A DNA stretch of 63,409 bases, the filler included, from Chiloscyllium plagiosum (taxonomy: Eukaryota): the NCBI RefSeq assembly GCF_004010195.1. It is 5 parts of one record of this genome, joined end to end, with 100 filler letters (N's around TTAATTAATTAA, not from the genome) between each part and the next. Parts side by side here need not be neighbours in the genome. Positions count along the whole stretch, not along the records: positions 23,794 to 42,498 come from NC_057714.1; positions 42,599 to 55,451 come from NC_057714.1; 3 more parts are not named here. One strand, written 5' to 3'. Below, one piece after another: positions 37,981 to 51,154 of the stretch (its first letter is position 1; the number at the start of each line of letters is the position of its first letter). The notes under the pieces are model-generated. The model searched no databases. It was not told the DNA's origin and saw only the letters and a list, made by a program, of their open reading frames with translations. A program made the position numbers and the translations under genes.

Positions 37981-38915
37981 GTCATAGAGATGTACAACAT
38001 GGAAACAGACCCTTCGGTCCAACTTGTCCACACCAACCAGATATTCCAACCCAATCTAGTCCCACCTGCCAGCACCTGACCCATATCCCTCCAAACCCTT
38101 GTACTAGCCTCCACCACTTCCTCTGGCAGCCCATTCCACACACACACCACCCTCTGTGTGAAAAAGTTGCCTTTTAGGTCTCTTTTATATCTTTCCCCTC
38201 TCACCCTAAACCTATGCCCTCTAGTTCTGGACTCCCCCACCCCAGGGAAAAGACCCTATTAACGCTATTCATGCCCCTCATGATTTCATAAACCTCTATA
38301 AAGGACACCCCTCAGCCTGTGACGCTCCAGGGAAAACAGCCCTAGCCTAATCAACCTCTCCCTATAGTTCAAATTCTCCAATCCTAGCAGCATCCTTGTA
38401 AATCTTTTCCGAACCCTTTCAAGTTTCACAACATTCTTCCGATAGGAAGGACACCAGAATTGCACGCAATATTCCAACAGTAGCCTAACCAACGTCCTGT
38501 GCAGCTATAGCATGACCTCCCAACTCCTGTACTCAATACTCTGACAGATAAAGGAAAGCTTACAAAATACCTTCTTCACTATCCTATCTACCTGCGACTC
38601 CACTTTCAAGGAGCTATGAACCTGCACTCCAAGGTCTCTTTGTTCAGCAACACTCCCTAGGACCTTAACATTAAGTGTGTAAGTCCTGCTAAGGTTTGCT
38701 TTCCCAAAATGCAGCACCTCGCATTTATCTGAATTAAATGCCATCTGCCACTCCTCAGCCCATTGGCTCATCTGATCAAGATCCCATTGTCATCCGAGTT
38801 AACCTTCTTCATTGTCCACTACACCACCCATTTTGGTGTCATCTGCAAACTTACTAACTACATCTCTTATGCTCATATTCAAATCATTTATATAAATGAT
38901 GAAAAGTAGTGGGCC
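37981..38915 (-). mobile_element. CR1 3' fragment
   Basis: WQMAFNSDKCEVLHFG, LEYCVQFW, ESRTRGH. Confidence 0.93.
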
Positions 38916-40633
38916 CATTGGTTGGAGTTATACCCAATGTAAGATTGTTGTGGTTGTTGAACGCCATCTCAACCCTAGATCATCTCATCATGGGTTTGTC
39001 AGGGTAGTGTCCTCAACTTAACCATCTTCAGCTGCTTCATTGATGATCTTCCCTCTGTCGTAACGTCAGAAGTGAGATGTTCACTATGTGATGTAGTGTA
39101 TGCTTTAATACCCACTGATGATTGTTCAATTTTCAGCACTATGGATGACTCTCTGGATACCGAAAAAGTTCACATGCAAATTGCAGACAATATCCAGGCA
39201 TCTGGGATTTGAAATATTGGCATATTTATTACGTTAATAATAATTATAATATTTACTCTTGTATGGAGAAAGCAAGACCAGGGCAGGAAGTAGCCATAAT
39301 ATATCCAATCCACTTTTTAAAAGTCTTGGACCACAGCAATAACACTTGGGGTTGAATACTATCTTCTAAGAGCTGGATCTCACTGTGCCTCCATCCACAT
39401 AGTATTTGGGCTGACACCATCTATCATCACACCGAATGCAATATGCTTGATAGATAGATTCCAAGTAGGAAGCACATCCACCATATTCAAATTGATAGTC
39501 AATAGACCATAACTATTATTTTTGTAATTCACGGATCATTGTGGTCAGTCACTGAACAAATTCATTAGAGGTTGCTCATGTACTTTTAACAAAAGAATAT
39601 CAAACTGCACATAAAAAGAAACTATGCAAACTCTGTTTTAAATGGTCTTAGTACAAATATCAGAAGCAAAAGCCATGTATGTTCTCAAACCTCCAGTGAA
39701 GTGTTCACCCTGTTACTACTTTGAAGTTCTGAGTTCAGTGGTATAACTATACTTAATTTCTTTCTGGTAAACATCTGCATTCACTTGATGTGATTTCCTT
39801 GGATAATATCCTCCTTCTGAGGGCCTAAAACAAAATGCTAACATAGTTCACGTTTTCTTAACACACATTCTGTAAACTCATGCATTTAACAACCTTGTAA
39901 GAGGTCTTCCTCTCTGAACCTTAAAAATCTCTGTATGCCAAGCTTCACTCTTACTAACTTTAAGCCACTTAAGGCATCTTTATGTCCTGACTGTTTTGGA
40001 GATGGCTAAACTGCAATGAAGTCACCGACTTTTTATCTCTCAATAGTCTCCTTCACTCTGAAAGAAACTTCCACATTTACTGACCTTCCTAATGGTTCTT
40101 CTTTTATGGAAGGAAAATTGTTTCTGTCTCCTTGTGTATTTGGGCACTTAGAGTCAAAGAGATGTACAGCACGGAAACAGATCCTTTGGTCCAACCCGTC
40201 CATACCGACCAGATATCCCAACCTAATCTAGTCACACCCACCAGCACCCGGCCCATATCCCTCCAAACCCGTCCCATTCATATACCCATCCAAATGTCTC
40301 TTAAATGTTGCAATTGTACCAGCCTCCACCACATCTCTGGCAGCTCATTCCATACACGACTTGAAGCAACTTCTTCCTTCAGTTTCATTTTTTGGTTTCT
40401 AAAGCATTATCAATGGGGCCTCATGATATTCCCACATGAATAATTTCCCTCAAGTGGCTTTCCTTGGCCTCCCCATTCATCTTTTCTTCTAGAAGACAAT
40501 CAATAAAACTGACCCCTTCGACCAACAAATTGGTCATCTAACTCTATGTGATCTTACATGTCAAAGTGCCAATCTGTGTTTATTTAAATTCTGTGAGATG
40601 CCTTGGGTTGTTTATGTTCTAGATGTATATTTT

Positions 40634-40920
40634 CTCACTGAGCTGGAAGGTTCATTTTCAAACGTTTTGTCACCATACTAGGTAACATCATCAGCGAGTC
40701 TCTCGTGAAGCACTGGTGTTATGACCCGCTCTCTATTTGTGTTTAGGTTTCCTTGGGTTAGTGATGTCATTTCAAGAAGAAATTACATCACCAATCCAAG
40801 AAAACCTAAACACATAAATAGAAACTGGATCATAACACCAGTGCTTCACCAGAGACTCACGGATGATGTTACCTAGTATGGTGACGAAACATTTGAAAAT
40901 GAACCTTCCAGCTCAGCGAG
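40634..40920. repeat. Palindrome with arms of about 140 bp, derived from a Penelope pLTR (MITE-like)
   Basis: 40634-40773 is reverse-complementary to 40779-40920, with loop aagaa. Confidence 0.85.
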
Positions 40921-41424
40921 TAAACTTAAATCTGGAACCTCAACTTGAGCTACAAATCTTCTCAAAATGTGCTGTTTAATGATGTCACTAGCGTTATATG
41001 AACTTAAATAGTACTTGATCTGGATTATATAGATCATATTGTTTAGAGTTGAACCCTCACTAAACACTGACAGGCTCCTGAGCAGGGCCTTAAGTTTTTG
41101 GTAAGGATCCCAATGCTGAAATAAAATGTAATGATCACAACCATGAAGCTGTGTTGGAAGCACATTGATAAAGGGATTGTGTTGAAAAGCAGGGAAGTTA
41201 TGTTACAACTGTATAGGATGCCGGTGAGGCCACAGCTAGAGTACTGCATGCGGTTTTGGTCCCCATACTTGAAAAACAATATGCTGGTGCTACAGGAGGT
41301 GCAGAAGAGGTTCATTAAGTTGATTCTGGAGTTCAGGCATGGTGACCCTAGGTTAAACCAACACAAGTTAACCTCTGTCTAATGAAGCTCTACAGCACTA
41401 CAGTGACTTTATTTGAATATTCAG

Positions 41425-41645
41425 GGGATCTGTTGTTTCGCTCAGTTGACTAGACAGCTGGTTTATGATGCAGATTGATGTCAATGAATTTAATTCCCAA
41501 ACCAGCTGAGGTGACCATTATGCAACCTCTCCTTTTCAACCTCTCTCCTCACATGAGATCTGGTGACCCTCAGGTTAAACCACCATCAGTCTGCTCTCTC
41601 TAATGGGAAGAGTAGCCCCATGATCTGGTAAGACTATGACAACTT
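41425..41645 (+). mobile_element. tRNA-derived SINE (same family as 7325-8915)
   Basis: gctcagttg head; ggtgaccctcaggttaaacc...ctctctaatggga...taagactatg tail. Confidence 0.6.
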
Positions 41646-41914
41646 CGCTGCCCATGAATTGCCAGTAAACCCCATCACTACTAATACTCAGAAACCTTTG
41701 CTGCTTCTACACCCTGACTCAGGATGACTGCTATGATATCTTATCCAAGCAAATCTCCAGAGGTTCACATCCTCTCCAATGTTAGCACTTTACATTCCTG
41801 ATGCACACCGAGCATCAATCCTTTTGCTTAATGTATCTAAGAATTATTTGTTAAGCAAAACTAAATATAAATCAGATATTTCTAGTTAAAAACCGAAAGA
41901 TGCTGAAAATTAGA

Positions 41915-42059
41915 AACAAAAACAGAAATTGCTGGAAAAGCTCAGCAGGTCTGGAAGCATCTGTGCAGAGAAATCAGAGATAACGTTTCGGGTCCAGTAA
42001 CCCTTCTTCAGAATGGAAGCCAGAGCTGCTGAGCTTTTCCAGCAATTTCTGTTTTTGTT
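41915..42059. repeat. Short inverted-repeat Penelope derivative
   Basis: aacaaaaacagaaattgctggaaaagctcagcag ... ctgctgagcttttccagcaatttctgtttttgtt. Confidence 0.8.
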
Positions 42060-42135
42060 AGAGATTTCTAATTCATTCCTCTATTTCTACTAGAATTTAT
42101 GCTTATCCTCCTCCCGGCGACTTACATTCTCTCTT

Positions 42136-42498
42136 ACTGTTGTGGTTCTGTTCGCCGAGCTGGAAGTTTTTGTTGCAAACGTTTCGTCCCCTGGCTAGGC
42201 GACATCATCAGTGCTTGGGAGCCTCCTGCAAAGCGCTTCTTTGATGTTTCCTCCGGTGTTTATAGTGGTCTGTCCCTGCCGCTTCCGGTTGTCAGTTTCA
42301 GCTGTCCGCTGTAGTGGTTGGTATATTGGGTCCAGGTCGATGTGTTTGTTGATGGAGTTTGTGGATGAATGCCATGCCTCTAGGAATTCCCTGGCTGTTC
42401 TCTGTCTGGCTTGCCCTATGATAGTAGTGTTGCCCCAGTCGAATCCATGTTGCTTGTTGTCTGCGTGTGTGGCTACTAAGGATAGCTGGTCGTATCGT
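42136..42498 (-). mobile_element. Penelope 3' fragment (family of 36330-37910), cut by a gap
   Basis: WGNTTIIGQARQRTAREFLEAWHS on the minus strand; hammerhead core at 42177-42211. Confidence 0.85.
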
Positions 42499-42598
42499 NN
42501 NNNNNNNNNNNNNNNNNNNNNNNNNNNNNNNNNNNNNNNNNNTTAATTAATTAANNNNNNNNNNNNNNNNNNNNNNNNNNNNNNNNNNNNNNNNNNNN

Positions 42599-42936
42599 CC
42601 TAGTTCCAAACTTCCAGCTCAGCACTGTCCCCATGACTTGTCCGGACTTGTCCTACCTGCCTATCTCCTTTTCCACCTATCCACTCCACCCTCTCCTCCC
42701 TGACCTATCACCTTCATCCCCTCCCCCACTCACCCATTGTACTCTACGCTACTTTCTCCCCACCCTCCTCTAGCTTATCTCTCCACGCTTCAGGCTCACT
42801 GCCTTTATTCCTGATGAAGGGCTTTTGCCCAAAACGTCGATTTCGAAGCTCCTTGGATGCTGCCTGAACTGCTGAGCTCTTCCAGCACCACTAATCCAGA
42901 ATCTGGTTTCCAGCATCTGCAGTCATTGTTTTTACC
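42599..42936 (+). mobile_element. Penelope-like pLTR derivative
   Basis: Same sequence as 23800-23985; hammerhead core at 42811-42838. Confidence 0.8.
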
Positions 42937-42939
42937 CAG

Positions 42940-44326
42940 GAGTAGTATCAGAAGACTGGAAGATAGCAAATGCTTTTCTTTTGTTTCAGAAGGAGAGTCG
43001 CGACAACCCTGGTAATTATAGGCCAGTGAGCCTTATTTTGGTTGTGGGTAATGTGTTGGAATAAGTTATAAGAGATAGGATTTATAATCAGCTGGAAAGG
43101 AATAATTTGATTAGGGATAGTCAACACGGTTTTGTGAAGGGTAGGTCGTGCCTCACTAACCTTATTGAGTTCTTTGAGAAGTTGACAAATCAGGTGGATG
43201 AAGGTAAAGCAGTTGATGTGGTGTATATGGATTTCAGTATGGTGTTTGATAAGGTTCCATGCGGTAGGTTGTTGCACAAAATATGGAGTTTCAGGATTGA
43301 TTTACCGGTCTGGATCAGAAATTAGCTAGCTAAAAGAAGACAGACGATGGTGGTTGATGGGAAATGTTCATCCTGGAGCTCAGTTACTAGTGGTGTGCCA
43401 CAAGGATCTGTTTTTGGGGTCACTGCAGTTTGTCATTTTTATAAATGACCTGGATGTGGGCGTAGAAGGATGGGTTAGTAAATTTGGAGAAGATACTAAG
43501 GTAGGCAGAGTTGTAGATAGTGCTGAAGGATGTTATGGTTACAGTGGGATATAGATAGGATGCAGAGCTAGGCTGAGAAGTGGTAAATGGAATTTAATGC
43601 GGAAAAGTGTGAGGTAGCTCACTTCTGAAGAAGTAACAGGAATGCAGAGTGCTGGGCTAATGGCAGCATAGATGAACCAAGGGATCTTGGTGTCCAGATG
43701 CATAAATCCCTGAAAGCTGCCACCCAGGTTGATAGGGTTGTTAAGAAGGCATATGGTGTGTTGGTGTTTATTGGTAGGGGGATTGAGTTTTGGAGCCACG
43801 AGGTCATGCTTCAGCTGTACAAGACACTGGTAAAGCTGCACCTGGAGTATTGTGTGCAGTTCTGGTCATTACATTATTGGATGGATGTGGAAGCTTTGGA
43901 AAGAGTTCAGAGGAGATTTACTAGGATGTTGCCTGGTATGGAAGGGAGGTCTTATGAGAAAAGGCTGAGGGAACTGAGGCTGTTCTCATTGGAGAGAAGA
44001 AGATTGAGAGGTGACTTAATCGTGACATATAAGATAATCAGAGAGTTAGATGGTGAAGGCTAACATGAGGGGACACAGCTTTAAATTGAGGCGTGATAAA
44101 TTTAGGACAGATATCAGGGTAGTTTCTTTACTCAGAGAGTAGTAAGGGTGTGGAATGGCATGCTTGCAACAGACTTGCCGACATTAAGGGTATTTAAATA
44201 GGCATTGGACATACATATGGATAATAATGGAATAGTGTAGGTTAGATGGGAATCAGATTAATTTCAGTGCAGCATCGAGGGCTAAAGGTCCTGTATTGCA
44301 CTGTAACATTCTATGTTCTATGTTCT
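42940..44326 (+). mobile_element. CR1 RT/3' fragment
   Basis: DSQHGFVKGRSCLTNL, YMDFS; (ttctatg)n tail. Confidence 0.93.
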
Positions 44327-44329
44327 AAG

Positions 44330-47300
44330 TGATCCATGTGTTTGTTCAGGACTATTTCACCTACTCGAACTTTGTAAGTCACGGGATTGACCTTGCAACA
44401 ACCTCATCTTGTACCCATGCAGGACCATTTCCATGGCTCCAGCATTAAACTTCACTCATTGAATTAATTGTATCTCTTGCTTAGAGGAGGCATGTGGCCA
44501 GCATTGGCATTCCTGCTGCTGCTTCACACTTAACCTCCCCCCCAGGTCTGTAAATATCAGGTTAAACCTGGTGTGGAATGTTCTCCTCATCAGCAACTCT
44601 GCTGGAGCTATCCCTGTTGTTGCATGTGGAGTGGTCCTATAATCAAACAAGAACTGGGACAGCTTGCTATCAAGTTGTGCAATAGGCTGCTTCTTTCAAC
44701 CTGCCTTCAACATTTGGATTGCTCTTTCCACTAGACCATTGGATAATGGATGGTATGGGGCTGTCCTGATGTGCCAAATGCCATTCCACTTCAGGAAATA
44801 CTCAAATTCCCTGCTGATAAATGACTTTCCATTGGCTGTAACCAATACTTCCGTGAACAATGGTCACAACTTCTCAATTGTCATCCCTAAGTTTGCCGAA
44901 TGGATTTTATGCACATCCAACCACTTTGAATGGGCATCCACAATGACCAGAACATCGAGCCCATTAAAGGACCAGCATAATTGACATGTAACCAGGTCCA
45001 GGATTTACCAGCCATTCCCACAAATGTGGAGTGGCCACTGGTGGCAATTTTTGTCTTTGGTGGCACTCTGGGCACCAATTCAGCTATGTCAGCATCCAAT
45101 GCTGGCCACAGGACATAGGTTCTTGCTAACATTTTCATCTTGGAAACCCCTGGATGATGCTGGCGGAGTCCGGCCAGAATCTGGCAGTGACCTTTACTCG
45201 GGACAATTACCCTTGCTCCCCACAGTAATATGCCATCCTCTATAGTGATCTGGTCTCACTGGGTCCAGAAAAGTTCCAGTCTTGGTTGCGATGGCCCTTC
45301 TGTCTCCTCCATTACCACCAGCTGTTTCAGTTTCGTGAGGACAGGATCTTTACGTATCGACTGTTAGATATTGTCAGCAGTGACCGGAAAGGTGTCCAGG
45401 AAGTTTAAAACCAAAACAGACTCTTCCAGGGAGCCACCACCAGTGGAAAATCTGCCAGTGGGAAGCGCTTAAGGCATCTGCATTAGCCACTTGGCTTTCT
45501 GGATAGATTTGTAACTTGCACTTGTACACATTGAGAATGAAAGCCCAACACTGAATTCTACAGGAAGCTATGGACGGCACTGCCTTGTGTCTTTCAGCAG
45601 CCGAAGCAGTGTTTGTGATCTGTTACTATGATAAATTCCTATCTGTAAATGGTACTTGTAGCATTTTCTCATCCCAAAGATGACTGCTAAAACTTCCTTC
45701 TCTATCTGGGCATATTTACGTTCAACATTAGCCAAAGTCTGAGAAGCATAAGGTATATATAGGACGTTCCTCTCCGTTGGAGCACTGGTGGGTAAACACT
45801 ATCCAAATAGTGTACGGGGAGGCATTGCATGTCAGCGTCACTTCTCGCTTCACATTGTAGGGGGCCAATTGTATTCAGCCTCTCCCTAAAGCTCAAATCC
45901 TCCAACCTTGGCAAAATCATTGTAAATCTTTTCTGAACCCTTTCAAGTTTCACAACATCTTTCCGATAGGAAGGAGACCAGAATTGCATGCAATATTCCA
46001 ACAGTGGCCTAACCAATGTCCTATTCAGCTGTAATATGACCTCCCAACTCCTGTACTCAATACTCTGACCAGTAAAGGAAAGCATACAAAACACCTCCTT
46101 CACTATCCTAGCTACCTGCGAATCCGCTTTCAAGGAGCTATGAACCTGAACTCCAAAGTCTCTTTGTTCAGCCACACTCCCTAGGACCTTACCATTAAGT
46201 GTATAATTCCTGCTAGGATTTGCTTTCCCAAAATGCAGCACCTCACATTTATCTGAATTGAACTCCATCTGCCACTTCTCAGCCCATTGGCCCATCTGAT
46301 CAAGATCCTGTTGTAATCCGAGGTAACCTTCTTCGCTGTCCACCACACTTTCAATTTTGGCATCATCTGTAAACTAAGTAACTGGACCTCTTATGCTCGC
46401 ATCCAAATCATTTATATAAATGACAAAAAGTAGAGGACCCAGCACCGATCCTTGTGGCACTCCACTGATCACAGGCCCCCAGTCTGAAAATCAACCCTCC
46501 ACCACCACCCTGTTTTCTACCTTTGAGCCAGTTCTGTATCCAAATGGCGAGTTCTCCCTATATTCCATGAGATCTAACCTTGCTAACCAGTCTCCCATGG
46601 GGAACCTTGTCAAACGCCTTACTGAAGTCCATACAGATCACATCTACTGCTCTGCCCTCATCAATCTTCTTTGTTACTTCTTCAAAAAACTCAATCAAGT
46701 TTGTGAGACATGATTTCCCATGCACAAAGACNNNNNNNNNNNNNNNNNNNNNNNNNNNNNNNNNNNNNNNNNNNNNNNNNNNNNNNNNNNNNNNNNNNNN
46801 NNNNNNNNNNNNNNNNNNNNNNNNNNNNNNNNNNNNNNNNNNNNNNNNNNNNNNNNNNNNNNNNNNNNNNNNNNNNNNNNNNNNNNNNNNNNNNNNNNNN
46901 NNNNNNNNNNNNNNNNNNNNNNNNNNNNNNNNNNNNNNNNNNNNNNNNNNNNNNNNNNNNNNNNNNNNNNNNNNNNNNNNNNNNNNNNNNNNNNNNNNNN
47001 NNNNNNNNNNNNNNNNNNNNNNNNNNNNNNNNNNNNNNNNNNNNNNNNNNNNNNNNNNNNNNNNNNNNNNNNNNNCTCAATTTCTTTAGTCATCCAGCAT
47101 TCCCTGCACCTACCAGCCTTTCCTTTCACCCTAATAGGAATGTACTTTCTCTGGATTCTCGTTATCTCATTTCTGAAGGCTTCCCATTTTCCAGCCATCC
47201 CTTTACCTTTGAACATCTGCCCCCAATCAGCTTTTAAAAATTCTTGCCTCATACCGTCAAAATTGTTCTTTCTCCAATTTAGAACTTCAACTTTTAGATC

Positions 47301-49265
47301 TGGTCGATCCTTTTCCATCACTATTTTAAATCTAGTAGAATTATGGCCGCTGGCCCCAAAGTGCTCCCCCACTGACACCTCAGTCACCTGCCCTGCCTTA
47401 TTTCCCAAGAGTATGCCAAGTTTTGCACCTTCTCTCATAGGTACATCCACATACTGAATCAGAAAATTTTCTTGTACACATTACAAATTCCTCTCCATCT
47501 AAACCCTTTACACTATGGCAGTCCCAGTCTATGTTTGGAAAGTTAAAATCCCCTACCATAACCATCCTAACATTCTTACAGATAGCTGAGATGACTGTTA
47601 GGGGATCTGTAATACAATCCCAATAAGGTGATCATCCCTTTCTTATTTCTCAGTTCCACCCAAATAACTTCCCTGGATGTATTTCTGGGAATATCCCTTT
47701 GACCTGCTTCATTTTATCTTCCAATTCGTGTAATCTGGTTTTGAAAACTCTGTAAACCAAGTGTTCTTTATTGGTCCTCCTGGTTATCAGTACGTCATCC
47801 ATTTAAATGGCAAGATGGGGTACCCTTATAAAATGTTCTCCATGGTCTGCTAGAAAAGGGCACAGGCTGATGATACCCCGAATGGCAGCCTTGTATCTTG
47901 GTATAAACCTTCATAGGTGTCAATGTTGGAATACCTCTGGGACTCCTTATCCAGTCACAATTGCAGGTAGGTGTAGCTAATGTTAGCTTTGTAAAGGACA
48001 GCACACCCCATGCAGTCCCCCCATCAACTTTGCACGCAAGTCCTCTTTGTGAGGGATCAGGTATTTACCCAGCTGTGAGAAGTGGTTTCCTGTTTGCTTA
48101 AAGTCCCCACAAAAGGTGAACCGAGCTGTCAGGCTTCACACTCGGTACAACCAGTGCTGCCTATGCTGCAAACTGCACTGGTTTGATGATTCCTTCGTCC
48201 TCCAGCCTCCTGATTTCCACCTCTGCTTTTGCTCACAAGGCAATGGGCACTGGACAGGCCTTGCAAAATCACAGAATTGCTTCCTGGTCAACATGTAAAG
48301 TAGGTTTGGCCCCTTTGATAATCCCAAGCCCTTCTTGAAAAACATCTGAGTATTTCACTAAGGCTTCACTGAGGCAGCCATTTTCCAAGCGAAAAATGTT
48401 GAACCAATCAAGGTGAATCTTTCTTAACCAATTTCACCTCAATAGGCTTGGGCCCAAGTCTCCTACTACCATCAGTGATAAGTGCACCAACTACTTCTCT
48501 TAGGAAACTGGAACTAAACTCGTACCCTTAATTTGCAGTGGTTCCCCAGTGTATGTTCTCAGTCTGGCTGAGGTCTTGCATGAACTTAAGGTTGGAGTTC
48601 CGAATGAATTTTGTTAAAGACAGATTCTGCAACCACAGATACAGCTACACCGGTGTCAGCCTCCATGGGAACTGGGTGACCATTTAGCCAAACATTAATT
48701 TTAATCAGTTCTGATTTGGGCATCGCTAAGCAATTTAATTTTTCCACACACGTGGGGGGCCTTGCAGGGTGTGCACTCTCCTGGGTACTGGCCTACGAGT
48801 TTTCTTCCGCAAGCCAGGCTTTGAAGGAGTCCTTTGCTGTCTCAAGTCTGATACCAGCAGCAATTATAATGGTTTGCTGGCCCAAACCCTGAAGAACATT
48901 TCAACCACTTGGCTGAGACTCGGCTTTGTTGTGGGGTTCTGCCGTGAGTTGGCCTAGGGGACCTTTGCTCAGGATATGCCCCACATGAAGCTCTGTGATT
49001 GTCTGCACTTGATATTCCACTAGCTCAATCAGACAGGTGAGGTTGTCCACTTTCATTGGGATGCCTGGTAGTTTCCATGCTCCACTTGCTGCATTTTCTA
49101 ATGATCAAGTCAGTTATCGTGCCTATTTGTAGTCCAGTTAGGCTTCAGCGACTAGGTGCTTCTGCATAGCTATGTCATTAATATGATATAACAAACGTTC
49201 TCTCAGCATCTCATTCAGGGTTAACCCAAAGTCACATGCCTGTGCCAGTCATTATAACCTTGTCA
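44330..49265 (-). mobile_element. Decayed Gypsy/Ty3 LTR-retrotransposon internal region (gag-PR-RT-RH-IN) split by a CR1 insertion
   Basis: gag ACDFGLTLNEMLRERL (about 49200); protease ADTGVAVSV (about 48650); RH RIQCWAFILNVY...ANADALS; IN MKMLARTYVLWP, HVNYAGP, PYHPLSNGLVERA, YRTTPHATTGIAPAELLM. Confidence 0.85.
45870..47698 (-). mobile_element. CR1 ORF2 fragment inserted into the Gypsy remnant (contains a 344-N gap)
   Basis: EVSVGEHFGASGH, LNWRK, DFSKAFDKVPH, WQMEFNSDKC. Confidence 0.92.
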
Positions 49266-49272
49266 AAAATCC

Positions 49273-49340
49273 CAATACAGATGAACCTCGATTATCTGAA
49301 TGAGATGGGCAGGCAGAATTTCGTTCGGATAATTGATTAC
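49273..49340 (+). mobile_element. Possible Tc1/mariner-pogo (Tigger-like) terminal inverted repeat remnant
   Basis: TA-CAGATGAACCTCGATTATCTGAA...TTCGGATAATTGA resembles pogo-type termini; second end not found. Confidence 0.4.
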
Positions 49341-49498
49341 TCGCTCTGCCTGTCTTGCTCCCTCTCCCTGTCTCAGGGTTTGTTTCTGAGCAGACACACA
49401 CCTGTGTACAAGGGACCCGCAGCACTGCTGAAGCCTCTCCCTGCTGCTGCTTCACTTCAATGGGATTGACAGAGTAAGCACTTGCTATATCTGCTCCC

Positions 49499-49735
49499 TG
49501 TTCAGGAGACTAGGCAACATCACACCGTTCAACAAACCCCTCCTCCAAAACAGAGATAGGCAGCAGAAACACACTGACTATAACACCAGCCAGCACAGAG
49601 TCAGTCTCCTGAACCGAGGAGATTCTAAATCACCTGTTAATAGTCATCAGCCAGGGCTTTCTTGATTGCCCCCAGTTAACAACCCTAATTGAGGATCTCC
49701 TAGTCAATGAGGTCCGCTTGGTCCCAATCACTACA
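49499..49735 (-). mobile_element. Uninterrupted LTR-like repeat (TGTAG...GAACA), related to the copies at 24451 and 56194
   Basis: TG...CA ends; ggacctc...gggttgttaac...caatc...ccctggctga...TATTAACAGGTG; lies upstream of a same-strand Gypsy remnant; no TSD seen. Confidence 0.6.
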
Positions 49736-49739
49736 TAGA

Positions 49740-50580
49740 GGAACTGCAACACAGATTATTGAATTGGAGGCTGGGTTGAAGACATTGCAATACATCAGGG
49801 AATGGAGAGATAAAAAAGAGATACATTGTTAGAGAAGACAGTCATACCCAAAAGAATGGGACAGTCCAATTCCATCTGTAGTAATGTACAAGAGGATGTG
49901 ACCACAAGTGAAGCATGCAAGGTATTGGAGAGTGCTGCAATGCAGGAGCCTCAGCCCTTGCAATTATTTAACCCATTTCAGGTGCTCACTAGTTGGATGA
50001 AAGCAAGATTGCTTGAGAGCAGGAGTAGACAGAACAAGACACCTTGTTTCAGGATGCATTTCAAGTGTGGGGGTGAAAAGGAATGCAGTGATATTAGGGG
50101 ATCGTATAGTGATGGGGAATTATACTCCTTAGTGCAGCCATGAGGATCACTCCAAAAGGCTATGGTGATTACTGTGTATCAGGATTCAAAACACCTTCTG
50201 GGAGCTGGACAGGAAATTCGTGGGGAGGATGATGTTACAATTGTTGCTGTCCAAATAAGAACCAATCACAGGGGTGGGGATAAGAAAGATAGTCTGCTTA
50301 GAGAGTATGAGCTGCCAGGCACCAAAATGAAGAACAGGGCCTCAAGATTAATAAACTCTGGATTGCTACTTGAGCCATGTGTCAGTTGGCAGAAGGCACA
50401 TAAAATTAATACCTTCCTCAAAGACTGGTGTGGGAGAAATGAGTTCCAGTAGGAGTCCTGTGAGAAGTGGACGTTGTACCTTGGGGGCTGTACCATGAAG
50501 ACAATTGGATCCTAAACTGTATTGGGACCAGTTCTAGCAAAGCATGTCATCACAGAAGTAGAGAAAGCTCTAAAATAAAC
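49740..50580 (+). mobile_element. Decayed CR1 ORF1 (esterase/SGNH-like) fragment
   Basis: QEPQPLQLFNPFQVL, IVAVQIRTN, SGLLLEP...INTFLKDWCGRNEF. Confidence 0.65.
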
Positions 50581-51154
50581 ACTATCAGTGAGGGATTAGA
50601 CGCAGCAAATCACGAGGTCAAATCAAGTGAGAGCAAACCAGTATAATGGGACTGAGGATCTGAGAATGGCAAAAATGGACAGAGAAAATATACTTGAGAA
50701 GGTACCAATAGTCAAGACTAGATTTTACATACCCACTTCAAATATGTCTTTGGACATCCATATGGAGGTATAGCTCAGAATGGTGGTAACATCACCAGAA
50801 GTATCCTCAAACTGGAGGATCCAGGGGCATTCTGGGACCATGGTGAAGGCATAACAAGCATTTCATACTGTTCTTCAAGGCTACATAAGCTTTTCAGAAT
50901 TGTAGATAGATGTGTTTCATGTTTCACCCCATGTTATTCCCCTTGCTAGAGGCCGTCCTGAGCCATTATTTGACTGCCCTGCTTTGGCCATAATGGCTTG
51001 GTCTACCACATTTGGTGCAGACATATGTTAATAAATACAATGCACAATGATAGACTCTGTGTCAGAAATGCAGTCAAGCTGGTGTGAGGACTGAAAGGAA
51101 CGGTCGGGAGGGGTGGGAGTGAGGAATTTGAAGGAAGTAATTCCCATATATTTT

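Noticed and set aside
46580..47457. Long ORFs of 129-251 aa
   Set aside because: They are inflated by the 344-N gap; the real parts are CR1 ORF2.
49499..49735. LTR-like repeat as the cognate 5' LTR of the adjacent Gypsy remnant
   Set aside because: gag is cut at about 49265 by unrelated sequence, and no primer-binding site, matching 3' LTR or TSD was found, so the link is unproven.
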